From Planctomycetota bacterium (GTDB taxonomy: Bacteria; Planctomycetota; UBA8108; SXIK01), in contig OZ244999.1 in the NCBI GenBank assembly GCA_965223265.1, positions 7,072,001-7,136,000 of the forward strand: a stretch of 64,000 nucleotides of DNA, written 5' to 3'. Made by a program: the position numbers and the translations under genes. Below the pieces are notes generated by a model. It saw only the letters and a list, made by a program, of their open reading frames with translations, ran no database searches and was not told where the DNA came from. Position 1 is the first letter of the stretch, and each line of letters starts with the position of its first letter. Shown in pieces: positions 28,069-38,097 of the stretch.

Positions 28069-29570
28069 TGTATCTCCTGGTAACTGAGGATTTCGAAGCT
28101 GAAGCCGTCAAAGCGAAGGACGATCTCGACACGCCCACGAGCCGACGATGTCGGTACGACACCTTCACTTCGGATGCGGTAGGTCGATGGTCTGACTGCG
28201 AGTCGTGACGCTACGCTTTTGAGCTTCGCGTTCGTCATGCCCGCGACGTCCATCAGATGTGCGACGGTTTCGAAGGGCCCCTGCGCGTCTCGGTGAGTCA
28301 CGATGTTTCGCGCCGTCTCTTCATCCCATCCACTCAGGCTGGCAAGCACCGAATCCGTCGCGGTGTTGACGTTGACCGCCCCAGGAATGAACTCATCGTC
28401 CGACACTGTCACGTCGTCGGCGATCGACTTCAGAAGGTCGAGGTCGATCAACTTTTGACCACTTCCCTGCGCCGCATTTCCGCCCCCCAGATTCAGCGTC
28501 GTGGATGCGTCGGCGGAATTGTTCGTGGTCGTCGTCGAGCCACCGGATTCCGCTCCGCTGCCTGCGGCGCGGTTCTGATTGTTCGACGGCCGATTCGTCA
28601 CGTTGAGGAGATCTACGATGCTCTCCAGGGAGTTACTACCACGCCAGGCAACGATTTTCTCAGCCAGATCGCTGGAGATGCCGTCGACCTTTGCGAGTTC
28701 GTCCGCACTCGCGCGCTGGATGTTGACGCGGCGCTCACCCGCGGCATTGACATTCTCCATGCCCGAGTCGGTCGAGAGGTAAGACGACCAACCGCGGTCG
28801 AGAACGAGATCGCCGTTATCCAACGGCGGCGAGCGGTCACGATCTCGCTCTCCTGGATCGAGAATGCCGTTAGCATTAGCGTCTTCGCCAAGAAACGCTG
28901 GCGCCGCCACGCCGCGCACCATCAGTAGCTCTCTGAGAGTCTCGAACGGACCGTTTCGCACCGCGTACGGGCGGTCGAGCGACGAATAGTACTCCTGCTC
29001 CGCACCCTGCGGCGACGGCTCGTCGTCCCGATCTCGCCAGTCGACAAGCGCCGCTGCGACGTCCGGCTCAATGCCTGGCAGGCGGTCGAGCTCCTCAGCG
29101 CTGGCCGTGTTGACGTTCAGATGTCGCTCCTCATCGAGGAGTCCGTAGAAGACGCTATGTTCCCCTTCATCCTGACCGCCACGCCGAATAACGCTAAAGT
29201 ACCCGCGTCCAAGCTCCACTTGGCGAAAGGCGCGCTCGTCATTGAGAAGCTGCGAACGAAAACTCGTGCCGACGACCTTGCGCTCTTCTCGCTCCTGATA
29301 GATTAGGGCCTTCGCGGTCTCGACACCCGACAGAGCCAAATAGTGTGCCTGTGTTCGATCGCCGAAGTTCTTGGCGACGCGTAGGTCCAGCTGCGTCGTC
29401 TCCAAAACGCCAAAGACGACGACACTGAGAAGGACGACGCTCCAGAGCACCGCGACGAGCGCCGAGCCGGCGCTCGGAGGCCGCATCGCAACGCTGTCAG
29501 CTCGGCGAACGGGCGCGAGATCAACCCGCCGCGACAAGAGCAAGACTCGACCTAAAGCTAAAAGTTTCAT
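28065..29570 (-). CDS. gspK: Minor pseudopilin GspK with three helix-hairpin-helix units
   Basis: GSALVAVLW prepilin-like start, AHYLALSGV, DEERHLNVNTAS, DWRDRD, ETLRELLMVRGV, STYRIRSEG. Confidence 0.85.
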   Translation of the reverse strand: MKLLALGRVLLLSRRVDLAPVRRADSVAMRPPSAGSALVAVLWSVVLLSVVVFGVLETTQLDLRVAKNFGDRTQAHYLALSGVETAKALIYQEREERKVVGTSFRSQLLNDERAFRQVELGRGYFSVIRRGGQDEGEHSVFYGLLDEERHLNVNTASAEELDRLPGIEPDVAAALVDWRDRDDEPSPQGAEQEYYSSLDRPYAVRNGPFETLRELLMVRGVAAPAFLGEDANANGILDPGERDRDRSPPLDNGDLVLDRGWSSYLSTDSGMENVNAAGERRVNIQRASADELAKVDGISSDLAEKIVAWRGSNSLESIVDLLNVTNRPSNNQNRAAGSGAESGGSTTTTNNSADASTTLNLGGGNAAQGSGQKLIDLDLLKSIADDVTVSDDEFIPGAVNVNTATDSVLASLSGWDEETARNIVTHRDAQGPFETVAHLMDVAGMTNAKLKSVASRLAVRPSTYRIRSEGVVPTSSARGRVEIVLRFDGFSFEILSYQEIQ

Positions 29571-30490
29571 TGCGGGCCCCCGGACGCCGACCCCGAATCG
29601 GCTGCGGATGCTTCGTCCGCGCCGCTCCTACCACTCAGCTGCAGCTGGACGACCGTCTCGAAAACGAGACGGTTGCTCTCAGCGTCGGTTTCTCCGAGTT
29701 CCCCCGGACTCGGCGGCAACTCGGTGCCGCGACGTCCGAACGACAGAGGTCGCTGGCGCTTGTCGTCTCCGTGGACGTCGGCGACGATCGTCAGACGGAC
29801 CGTGTCCGGCAGGCCGACGAGGTTCGGCGCCCAGAAGAAAGGATCCTCGCTGCGTCGTTCCAGCTGCCGACCAAATGTGAGGTCACCCCACGTCTCGTGC
29901 CAATCGAATCCATCGTAATATTCGATCCTTAGTCCACCGATGTCGTCGACGAGAAGATGGTGGACACCGCCAGCGCTGAGTTCGTCATCGATCGAGCTAT
30001 CGACCCGAAACCAGAGATCCAAAGCACCCGTAGCTTCGTTCTTTTTCACATAGTAACTCACCTCGCACAGATCTCCTTCGCCAGGCGCTCGCGGCTGCCA
30101 ATTGTGGGTGACAAAGTGAACGCTGTCAGCAGCAAGACCATCGACGTCGACGCGTTCACCAAGAAATGACGCGTCCTTTTCCCAGACGCACGCAGCGCGG
30201 AGGTCACGGCCCATGCGTCCTAGAACCACCCGGAGTTTCTGCACCGCATCCGCGCGAGCATCGACATCGCGCTGGCTCACGAGTCCAGCGTGAAGGCACA
30301 AATAGGCACTCGCAATGACGCCAGCCATAATCGAAGTGCCGACGATCAACTCGACGAGGGTGAATCCACGGCTCCCTCGCGGCGACACTATACCCGAGCC
30401 AAGGCCGCTGAGGACTGACCTTGATCGTCTCGTGTGTGCCAGGTGATGGGAGAGTGGCCTAGTTACCGAAGTCATCCGCTTTGCTTTCAT
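29567..30490 (-). CDS. gspJ: Minor pseudopilin GspJ-like
   Basis: GFTLVELIVG methylation motif, MGRDLR, EYYDGFDWHETW, LPDTVRLT. Start uncertain. Confidence 0.78.
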   Translation of the reverse strand: MKAKRMTSVTRPLSHHLAHTRRSRSVLSGLGSGIVSPRGSRGFTLVELIVGTSIMAGVIASAYLCLHAGLVSQRDVDARADAVQKLRVVLGRMGRDLRAACVWEKDASFLGERVDVDGLAADSVHFVTHNWQPRAPGEGDLCEVSYYVKKNEATGALDLWFRVDSSIDDELSAGGVHHLLVDDIGGLRIEYYDGFDWHETWGDLTFGRQLERRSEDPFFWAPNLVGLPDTVRLTIVADVHGDDKRQRPLSFGRRGTELPPSPGELGETDAESNRLVFETVVQLQLSGRSGADEASAADSGSASGGPQ

Positions 30491-30516
30491 TGCGATCCTC
30501 AGCGCGGCGAGCCTGA

Positions 30517-31002
30517 TCAGCGCTCGTTTTGTCGTCGACGTTCCTGCCGGCGCTGTTCGATAGTCTGAGACTGCTCCCAAGGTTCAGGTGGTACTTCGAA
30601 GAGGAGAGAACTCAGCTCGTAAAGTGGTTCTTCTCTTTCTCCAAACGAGATCTGTACGACGACCTCGTGGAGACCATCGACTCCCGCATGACGGACCGAT
30701 TGACGCCAGTTGTAACGCGGAAAACTGCTACCGAAGTCGCCACTCTCGACACCAACGGCAAGGAGGCCATCTGCACGCAGGGTTTCGAGCTGTCCCCGGG
30801 CGAGAAATACGGCCATAGTGTATCGCTCGGCGTCCTTGCTCGACTTCAAAGATGCAGTAATGCCCTCCGTCAGACCGACGAGACCGATTCCGAGAACAAC
30901 GACAGCGCAAAGGATTTCCAGGAGAGAGAAGCCGGCATGGCACGGGATCGGAGTCGTCCTGCCGGACTCAAGACTCTCGGCAAGAAGTCGTCTCTGCTTC
31001 AT
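30517..31002 (-). CDS. gspI: Minor pseudopilin GspI-like
   Basis: GFSLLEILCAVVVLG, ESGDFG-YNW; ATGA overlap with gspH. Confidence 0.78.
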   Translation of the reverse strand: MKQRRLLAESLESGRTTPIPCHAGFSLLEILCAVVVLGIGLVGLTEGITASLKSSKDAERYTMAVFLARGQLETLRADGLLAVGVESGDFGSSFPRYNWRQSVRHAGVDGLHEVVVQISFGEREEPLYELSSLLFEVPPEPWEQSQTIEQRRQERRRQNER

Positions 31003-31613
31003 CGGCTGCTCCCCCTCGGCTGTCGACCGAGATCGAGAACCCGCAGCCGCGACGTCAGCGGATTCAAGCGCAGCGCCAAAGCAAAACCGTCCGTGTCGTG
31101 AAGAACCACTTGGCGTCGCTCGGTGGTCCCGTCGGGTTCGAAGACAATCTCCGCAAGGCCTCGACCGCCGCCAGCAGCAGGACGCCCTTGGTTTGCCTGC
31201 GGCGGGGCTTCGCGGGCGCCGCTCTCACCGCCATCGCCCGCCCGATCCTCCATGACTTGGGCATTGACTGTCGGAGGGATCTCCCCCTTCCATCCAGGAA
31301 TCGACTCAAGGGTTTCGAATCCAGGTCCAGTCACATTGTCGGATTCGGCTTCCAACCAATATCGTTTCTCACTCGTGTTGAGTCGCCATCGGATACGCCG
31401 ACCTTGCGTGATGGCTTGACTCCGCGCCAACTGAATCGACGCGGCGATCCGACGCCCGCAGTCCTGCAACAGGAGCGTCTGACGAGTGCCCGAGAACTGC
31501 GGCAACACGGTTGCGGCGACGACAGCCAACACCACGATAACGACCATCAGCTCCACGAGCGTGAAACCGCTGTTCCAACTACCGCCACCGTGATGCCGCC
31601 GCCATGCCATCAT
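30999..31613 (-). CDS. gspH: Minor pseudopilin GspH/FimT-like
   Basis: GFTLVELMVVIVVL, ARSQAI, IVFEPDG. Confidence 0.8.
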   Translation of the reverse strand: MMAWRRHHGGGSWNSGFTLVELMVVIVVLAVVAATVLPQFSGTRQTLLLQDCGRRIAASIQLARSQAITQGRRIRWRLNTSEKRYWLEAESDNVTGPGFETLESIPGWKGEIPPTVNAQVMEDRAGDGGESGAREAPPQANQGRPAAGGGRGLAEIVFEPDGTTERRQVVLHDTDGFALALRLNPLTSRLRVLDLGRQPRGSSR

Positions 31614-31622
31614 GCCACTATG

Positions 31623-32111
31623 CTACGTATCGTTTCCGCCTGACTCCGATGGAGAGCTATACACGTCAGCGTTCTTTCCCTCTCCGCCGACCGCCCCGTC
31701 CGCGCCGTTCGACCACAAGTCATAACTGCCCGCGCCTCGACTTCCCGGATTTCGGTACTCGTACGCGTTTCCCCAGGGATCCGGAATGATCTCCTCAACG
31801 TAAGGACCTCGCCAAGTCTGCGCAGCGCCGGCTGGAGGCTTGACCAGCGCCTCCAACCCTTCTTGCGATGTCGGATAGCGGTCGACGTTCAGATAGAAGC
31901 GCTCCAAAGCAGACTTGAGAACTGCGATGTTCGAGCGCGCCTTGCTGACTTTGGCGTCGTAGGAGACGTTCGCGACTTTGGGGATGATTGTCGCCGCCAA
32001 AATGCCGAGAACGATCACCACCACCATGATCTCAATCAAGGTAAAACCGTGGCGGCGATCCCGGAGAGCACAGCGGCTTCCGCATCGGACTCGTCTTGCA
32101 GCGTCCAACAT
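31623..32111 (-). CDS. gspG: Major pseudopilin GspG
   Basis: GFTLIEIMVVVIVLG, YPTSQEGLEALV, WRGPY, DPWGNAY, GADGAVGGEGKNAD; RBS GAAGGAG. Confidence 0.95.
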   Translation of the reverse strand: MLDAARRVRCGSRCALRDRRHGFTLIEIMVVVIVLGILAATIIPKVANVSYDAKVSKARSNIAVLKSALERFYLNVDRYPTSQEGLEALVKPPAGAAQTWRGPYVEEIIPDPWGNAYEYRNPGSRGAGSYDLWSNGADGAVGGEGKNADVYSSPSESGGNDT

Positions 32112-32292
32112 AATCGTCAACTCCTTCAAGTTTTGGCCGCAGATGCGGCCCTCACGCAATCATTCGCGCCCGTCGTCCGCCGGACGCGTGAGTCGGTGAT
32201 GGCGCGCCATCGGCAGGACGGCACCGCGCTCTTCACCGCGTAAAATCTCTGTCTCGTTGGGTGGTCTGAGGTGTGCATGTCCATGCAGTTAA

Positions 32293-32476
32293 CCGTCCAT
32301 TGAAAAAATCATTAGGCCGAGGACTGGACGCTTCAACTCAGCTCGACCGCGGCACAGTCACCGCAATTCATAGTCAGAAATTCATAGTCAAAGAGGGCTC
32401 GAGAATTACCTGCGCTTGCCGCCGCCGATGGGAACGCGAGGAGACCAGTCCTCGGCTCGAAGCATTTCAAAGGGTG
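32293..32476 (+). mobile_element. MITE copy (degenerate) between gspF and gspG
   Basis: Ends ccgtccattgaaaaaatcatt and gaagcatttcaaagggtg, TTAA on both sides (32289-32292, 32477-32480); arms align to the 59357 copy. Confidence 0.75.
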
Positions 32477-33769
32477 TTAACGCAAAGCTTGGCTCATTTG
32501 AAAAATTGGCAAGAGGAGAGCAATCACAATGAAACCCACAATCGCACCGACGCAGAGAATCAGAATCGGACCGAGGAGCGACACGACCGCGCGTGATCGC
32601 CCGCGCAGGTGGCGCTCTTGAATCGCCGCGACGCGAAGCAGCATGTTGTCCAGCTGTCCTGTCTCTTCGCCGATCGCGATCAACTGCACCATAGTCGGTG
32701 GCAGAAGACCTACTTTGCGAAGAGGTCTCGCCAGCGAATCGCCGCCACGGGTGTCAGCAGTCACCTGCTCGATCGATCGGCTGATGACTCGATTTCCGAC
32801 AGTGTTGGTGACGACTTCGAGACCTTTGAGAAGCGGTACGCCACTGCGCTCGAGAGTCCCAAGCATGCGGGAGAAGCGCCCAAGCGCTGCGACGCGGAAC
32901 AACCCACCCAGGACTGGCAACCGGAGTTTGAACTGGTCCCATCCGACGGCACCCGCGGGTGTTCGAACATACCACCTAAGCCATACAAGGACGCCGACGC
33001 ACGAGGCAAGGATCAGCCACCAGTACGTCCCGAAGAACTGCGCGGTCGCCAGCAAGACCCGTGTTGGCAGCGGCAGGACCGCATCCATACCGTCGAGCAT
33101 TGCAAAAATCCGGGGCAGAACGAAAACCAAAAGGACGAACGTCGTGACCACGCCTAAGCCGAGAACGAAGCATGGGTACGCGATCGCACTGGCAACTTCG
33201 CTGCGCACCTCGTCGTCACGCTCGAGAAGATCCGCAAGATCAGCGAGCACCCTATCGAGCGCGCCAGCCTCTTCGCCAACCTCAACCATGCTGACGTAGA
33301 ACGTTGGAAACAGCTTCGAATAACGCCCCATCGCACGAGACAAGGAGTCGCCACCGCGCACGGCGGTAGCAAGTTCGAGAATCACGCGCCGTAGAACCTC
33401 GTTCTCGCATTGCTCACCAAGCCCGGCGAGCGCCGATGGGATCGGCACCGCAGCGGCAAGAAGCGTTGCCATCTCTCGTGTAAAGAGCGTCACTTCCTTG
33501 CGAGGGACTCGGAGCGTGGAGCGGGTGGACGCAGCTGCGTTTGTCGGCACTTGTGACTTGCCGCTGGCTACGTCCGTCGCACCCGCTACCCCAGCGGTAG
33601 CCGACGCAGCTTCGATCTCGGAATCGATCCCGCCGAGTCGTTCAAGCCGAAGTGGAAACAGCTCGCGGTCCGCCAGCAAGTCCAGAGCGGCGCGGCGATT
33701 CACGGCTTCCACCGTGCCGCTCAGCGTGCTTCCATCCTTGCGCTTGGCGTCATACTGAAATGCGTTCAC
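32477..33769 (-). CDS. gspF: T2SS inner-membrane protein GspF/PilC
   Basis: FTREMATLL, GEEAGAL, AIAYP, LPLPTR, GEETGQLDNML, LLPIF. Confidence 0.93.
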   Translation of the reverse strand: MNAFQYDAKRKDGSTLSGTVEAVNRRAALDLLADRELFPLRLERLGGIDSEIEAASATAGVAGATDVASGKSQVPTNAAASTRSTLRVPRKEVTLFTREMATLLAAAVPIPSALAGLGEQCENEVLRRVILELATAVRGGDSLSRAMGRYSKLFPTFYVSMVEVGEEAGALDRVLADLADLLERDDEVRSEVASAIAYPCFVLGLGVVTTFVLLVFVLPRIFAMLDGMDAVLPLPTRVLLATAQFFGTYWWLILASCVGVLVWLRWYVRTPAGAVGWDQFKLRLPVLGGLFRVAALGRFSRMLGTLERSGVPLLKGLEVVTNTVGNRVISRSIEQVTADTRGGDSLARPLRKVGLLPPTMVQLIAIGEETGQLDNMLLRVAAIQERHLRGRSRAVVSLLGPILILCVGAIVGFIVIALLLPIFQMSQALR

Positions 33770-35460
33770 TCTACCTGCTCCGTCACCGTGACTCGTAAGA
33801 CCTCGCTGATGGTCGTTGTTCCGTCGCGCAGCTTCGCAAGCCCGTCGTCACGAATGGTTCGCATGTGCTCAATCGCACGTGACCTCAATTCACTGCTCGA
33901 GCGTCGCTCGACAACGAGCTGCCGCAACTCCGGACGCAGAACCAAGAGCTCGAACAGGCCCGTACGCCCGAGGTATCCTGTACCGCGACAAGCTTCGCAT
34001 CCCGACCCCAGGTAGAACGGACCCTCCGAAGGTGAAATCCCGAGTCGAGTCAACTGGAAGTCAACGTCTGCGTCGACTTGAACCTCCGATTTGCACTGTG
34101 GACAGATGCGACGCACGAGGCGCTGAGCCAGCACGCCCTCAAGCGAGGATGAAATCAAGAACGCCTCGATACCCATGTCCAGTAGACGCGTGATGGCGCC
34201 TGGGGCATCGTTGGTGTGCAGCGTACTAAAGACGAGATGTCCTGTCAGAGCTGCACGGATAGCTATCTCTGCCGTCTCCGCGTCACGGATTTCTCCGACC
34301 ATGATGACGTCGGGGTCTTGACGCAAAATCGCACGCAGCCCACTTGCAAAGGTGAAGCCACGACTCGGTCGCACCGGAATCTGCGCCACCCCTTGTAGCT
34401 CATACTCGACCGGGTCCTCGATGGTGAGCGTCTTTCTCTCGGGGCTATAGATGCCGCTTAAGATGGCGTAGAGCGTAGTTGTCTTACCGCATCCCGTTGG
34501 CCCGGTTGAAAGTAGAATACCGTACGGCTTGGAAACGATATCGTGCAAACGCCCCGCTTCATCCGGGTGCATGCCCAGCTCGGCGAGCGTCTGCGTACGA
34601 GAATCCTTGACGAGAAGGCGCATGACGACACTCTCACCGTAGACGGTCGGCATGGTGCCGACGCGTACGTCGACGCGTTGTGCGTCGTGCTGGATTTGAA
34701 AGTGGCCATCCTGCGGCACGTAACGCTCGGCGATGTTGATCTGCGCCATGATCTTGATGCGCGAGATGAGTGCCGCATGGAGATGCCGTGGAGGCGGCGA
34801 CATAACCTGCAGGACGCCATCGATGCGGTACCTCAGTTCCAGCGAACGCTCGAACGGAACAAGGTGAATGTCACTCGCTCGTTCACGGAGCGCGCTCGAG
34901 ATGATGACATTGACGAGGTTGACAACGGTCGGCTCATTCGCCATGACCTCAATCTCGTGAAGTGTATCACTGCGCTCATCTGAATTGCTGCTGGTGAAGT
35001 CGCCGATGACGTTCTCTACGGTGACCGCATACGCCTCCTGGATCTTGCCGCGAATCTGCTCGCGCTCCGCGACGACTTCTTCGACCTCGCAGCCGCTGAG
35101 CAGCCGCACATCCTCGATGACCTGGCGATTGCCAGGATCGGCCGTGGCGATCTGGAGCTTACCGTCTCGGATCGCCAGCGGCAAAATCTCGCTGCGGCGG
35201 ACGAACTCGGCGTCGAGCAGATTTGTTGCCGCCGGTGTCGCGGTTAGTTGATCAGAAGGCAGCTGGAGAAGCTGCATCTGCTCAGCAAGCGACTGAAGTA
35301 GCGTCTCCTCGGAAATATACCCGAGCTCTAACAGACAACGTCCCAGACGTTCGCCAGAAGCCTGCTGCTGTTTGAGCCCCTCTTCGACCTGCTCCGCCGT
35401 AGCCTGACCGGCGCGGATCAGAATCTCTCCCAGACAAGGATTGCCCGCGGGACGAACCAT
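33766..35460 (-). CDS. gspE: T2SS ATPase GspE/PilB with N-terminal MshEN domain
   Basis: LGEILI...RLGRCLL, ASDIH, GPTGCGKTTT, TIEDPVE, LRQDPDVIMVGEIRD, TGHLVFSTLHTN, CxxC pairs. Confidence 0.95.
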   Translation of the reverse strand: MVRPAGNPCLGEILIRAGQATAEQVEEGLKQQQASGERLGRCLLELGYISEETLLQSLAEQMQLLQLPSDQLTATPAATNLLDAEFVRRSEILPLAIRDGKLQIATADPGNRQVIEDVRLLSGCEVEEVVAEREQIRGKIQEAYAVTVENVIGDFTSSNSDERSDTLHEIEVMANEPTVVNLVNVIISSALRERASDIHLVPFERSLELRYRIDGVLQVMSPPPRHLHAALISRIKIMAQINIAERYVPQDGHFQIQHDAQRVDVRVGTMPTVYGESVVMRLLVKDSRTQTLAELGMHPDEAGRLHDIVSKPYGILLSTGPTGCGKTTTLYAILSGIYSPERKTLTIEDPVEYELQGVAQIPVRPSRGFTFASGLRAILRQDPDVIMVGEIRDAETAEIAIRAALTGHLVFSTLHTNDAPGAITRLLDMGIEAFLISSSLEGVLAQRLVRRICPQCKSEVQVDADVDFQLTRLGISPSEGPFYLGSGCEACRGTGYLGRTGLFELLVLRPELRQLVVERRSSSELRSRAIEHMRTIRDDGLAKLRDGTTTISEVLRVTVTEQVE

Positions 35461-36003
35461 AAACCCCCCTCGGCGGATCGGGCCGATCCAGAGGACCGAA
35501 CGTGCCGAGAATCTCAACTACAGCATCCCAACTCAAAACCGCAGCAGGCCTCGCCAAAGCAGGTCTCGTCGCCAACACACGATCGATTCTACTCGATTCG
35601 CGGTCGCCGCTGCTCCTCCTGCAAGCGAAGACGTGCACGTCGTTACGTCGTCATCGCAACCTGTCACGAATGTCGACTCAGGACTTCTCGTAGAACTTAA
35701 AAGACAAAAGCATCCTAACGGCAAAGCTGACCGAGCGCAAAAACCTGCGCACATCTATAAGACGTACAACAAGTCGTCGGTTTTCAGAAAAATCTCGCAA
35801 AAAACTAACAGACGACCTGACGCCAGCAGCTCGCGATGAGCGCGCGAAGAATTCCCTTCTCGCCGGCGCCACGTTCGAGCTAAAATCCCCCAAATGTACG
35901 CTGCATTCGCGGCGTTCGCGGATCGGAGAGCGCGCCGCGTCGCCCCCGCTTCGCGCTAAGGCGTGCTCGCCTGTGGGTCGCGTAACGGTCGGAGTCACTT
36001 CGC

Positions 36004-36519
36004 TTGAAACAGCCGGGCAGCGACATGACGGGGCAACACGGTGCGGGACAGCAGCGTTCGAGACGACGTTCTTTGCCGCCGGTTCGCTGGAAACATCCTG
36101 CGTTGGCGAACCACTCCCGCAGAGCTCGCCGACGCCTCTTCTGGGCCGTGTTGCTTACGATCACGAGCCTGCAAGGTTGCCGCGCCGTCGGGCCGCGGAC
36201 CACGCTCAGCGTCGACGAGAAGCTCGCTCGTGTCGGACTGAGACGTATCTCGGAAAGTGAAGCTGCCCTCCCACCGAGCGAGCGCGGTCGTTACGTTCCC
36301 TGCCGCGTCGCCGCCTCAGCGCCTCGAGCCGCGCTCAAACCACATTACGCCGGATATCTGATCGTTGGCGTGCACGCGGAAGCAGCGGGCAGCGCGGACG
36401 AGATCCTCGCCGCGCTGAAGAACTGGCAGCCAGGCGAAACGCTATCTCTTAGAGTTCGCCGTAACCCCTACCTCGGGCCGGAGGCCGAGTTTTGGGAAAT
36501 GGATGTCCAGATGAGATAG
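36004..36519 (+). CDS. Hypothetical lipoprotein, possibly PDZ-like C-terminus
   Basis: Basic stretch, hydrophobic stretch and LQGC lipobox; QPGETLSLRVRR resembles a PDZ end. Start uncertain. Confidence 0.45.
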   Translation: MKQPGSDMTGQHGAGQQRSRRRSLPPVRWKHPALANHSRRARRRLFWAVLLTITSLQGCRAVGPRTTLSVDEKLARVGLRRISESEAALPPSERGRYVPCRVAASAPRAALKPHYAGYLIVGVHAEAAGSADEILAALKNWQPGETLSLRVRRNPYLGPEAEFWEMDVQMR

Positions 36520-36561
36520 CGCGACGACACGACCTGTAGATGACGGCACAGCGAAGACCCG

Positions 36562-38097
36562 CTATGGCCCGCCGACGCAAATCAGCTTCGTGCGCGTGCG
36601 CACAAGGAGTCGACCGCCACCGATCGCCGGCGTCCCGACGATGCTCTCCCCCATCTCATTCTTAGCAAGCAGCTCGTACTCTGGGCCGTCGTTGAGGACG
36701 ACGATCGTACCGTTTTCGCCGGCGATATAGACTTTCCCGTCGCCGTAAATCGGTGAGGCGAAATAGTCACCGGAGTTGCCGATTCGTTTCGGACCACGCA
36801 GAAGCGTCCCCGATTCGGTTTCGAAGAGAGTGCTGATGCCACCCGCTTTGATCAGGAGCATACGACCGCCGCGCACGAAGGGCGACACGATATGGTCGGT
36901 GTGCTTCGTGCGATGCTTCCAAAGGACGTGCGTGTCGCTGACATCACCTCGACCGCCGCCGCGAACAGCGAGAATGTACTCGTCAGCGGCTTCCGCGGCG
37001 TCGAAACGCGCACCGGCGAAATTCTCAGGATTGAGGAAAGCCGTGTCGAGCTCTTCGCCCTCGAGAAAACCATCGCCGTTCGCGTCACCGCGGTCAAACG
37101 TACGCTGGAAGAAGGCCTCCGGAATCTTCGTCTCGCCGACAAACGCTTGCATCTCCTCTTTGGTCAGTTTGCCGTCGCTGTTTCCCGTCTCGGTGCGATC
37201 CGCGGACGATAACCACTGATTCGCGATGCCACCACTTTGCAGCGACACGTAGACGACCCCATCGAGGCTTACCGGAGTCGTCTTGATATTACGCAGTAGC
37301 GTCCTGGCGTGCCAAAGCCGTCGACCGCTGCGGGGATCGTATCCGATGAGCAAACCCGTGCCCGCGACGACAATCTCGTCTCCGCTTGAGGTACGGCAAA
37401 CGACAGGATGAGAGTAGTTGACTGCCATGTCGCCTCGAGAGTCCTTCCAAACGAGATCGCCGGTTCGTTTGTTGAAAGCATGAATCGCCGGATGAAGATC
37501 ATCGTCCTGGCAGAAGACAACGAGATCGTCGTAGAGAATCGGCGACATCGCCGGACCCCACTTAAAAACGAAGAAGGGCGGCGGCAACTGAGCATGCCAC
37601 ACGTCCGCGCCGGTCTTCGCGTCGACAGCCTGCAAGCCGAGGCTGCTGAAGTAGAAGTAGACGCGCTCGTCGTCCGCTGCAGGAGTCGTGCTCGCGTGGC
37701 TGTTCGTCTTGTGAACGGCCGGCAGCTGACCGGTCGGCCATGCGCGCCGCCACAGCTCATCGCCGGTCGCAACGTCAAACGCGAACAGACCGACCGTCTG
37801 GGCGTCGATCATGCCGACCGTGAAGGCACGCCCGTCCGCGACAACCGGGCAGCCCACGCCGTCGCCCACGTCTGCAGTCCAGGCGACGTTCTTCGTGGCC
37901 GAGAATTCAGCCGGAAGTCGCTCTCGGGTGCTCGAGACTCCGCTACAGTTCGGTCCACGGAACTGCGGCCAATCGCCAACCTGGCGTCCAGTACACCCGG
38001 GTGTCGTCGCGGTCAACCCAGCGCTAACGACAACGAACAGCCACTGAGAGGCCGATCGATAGCGAAACCAACGCTGAAAGATACCGTGTGTCTGCAT
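36562..38097 (-). CDS. PQQ-binding-like beta-propeller protein with EF-hand insert
   Basis: DWPQFRGP, ASTTPAADDERVY, TGxxxW repeats, YFASPIYGDGKVY; DANGDGFLEGEEL. Confidence 0.88.
   Translation of the reverse strand: MQTHGIFQRWFRYRSASQWLFVVVSAGLTATTPGCTGRQVGDWPQFRGPNCSGVSSTRERLPAEFSATKNVAWTADVGDGVGCPVVADGRAFTVGMIDAQTVGLFAFDVATGDELWRRAWPTGQLPAVHKTNSHASTTPAADDERVYFYFSSLGLQAVDAKTGADVWHAQLPPPFFVFKWGPAMSPILYDDLVVFCQDDDLHPAIHAFNKRTGDLVWKDSRGDMAVNYSHPVVCRTSSGDEIVVAGTGLLIGYDPRSGRRLWHARTLLRNIKTTPVSLDGVVYVSLQSGGIANQWLSSADRTETGNSDGKLTKEEMQAFVGETKIPEAFFQRTFDRGDANGDGFLEGEELDTAFLNPENFAGARFDAAEAADEYILAVRGGGRGDVSDTHVLWKHRTKHTDHIVSPFVRGGRMLLIKAGGISTLFETESGTLLRGPKRIGNSGDYFASPIYGDGKVYIAGENGTIVVLNDGPEYELLAKNEMGESIVGTPAIGGGRLLVRTRTKLICVGGP

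Noticed and set aside
35718-35760. GGCAAA...CGCAAA resembling a c-di-GMP-I riboswitch
   Set aside because: Spacing is too short, there is no GNRA-capped stem, and it lies on the strand opposite gspE.
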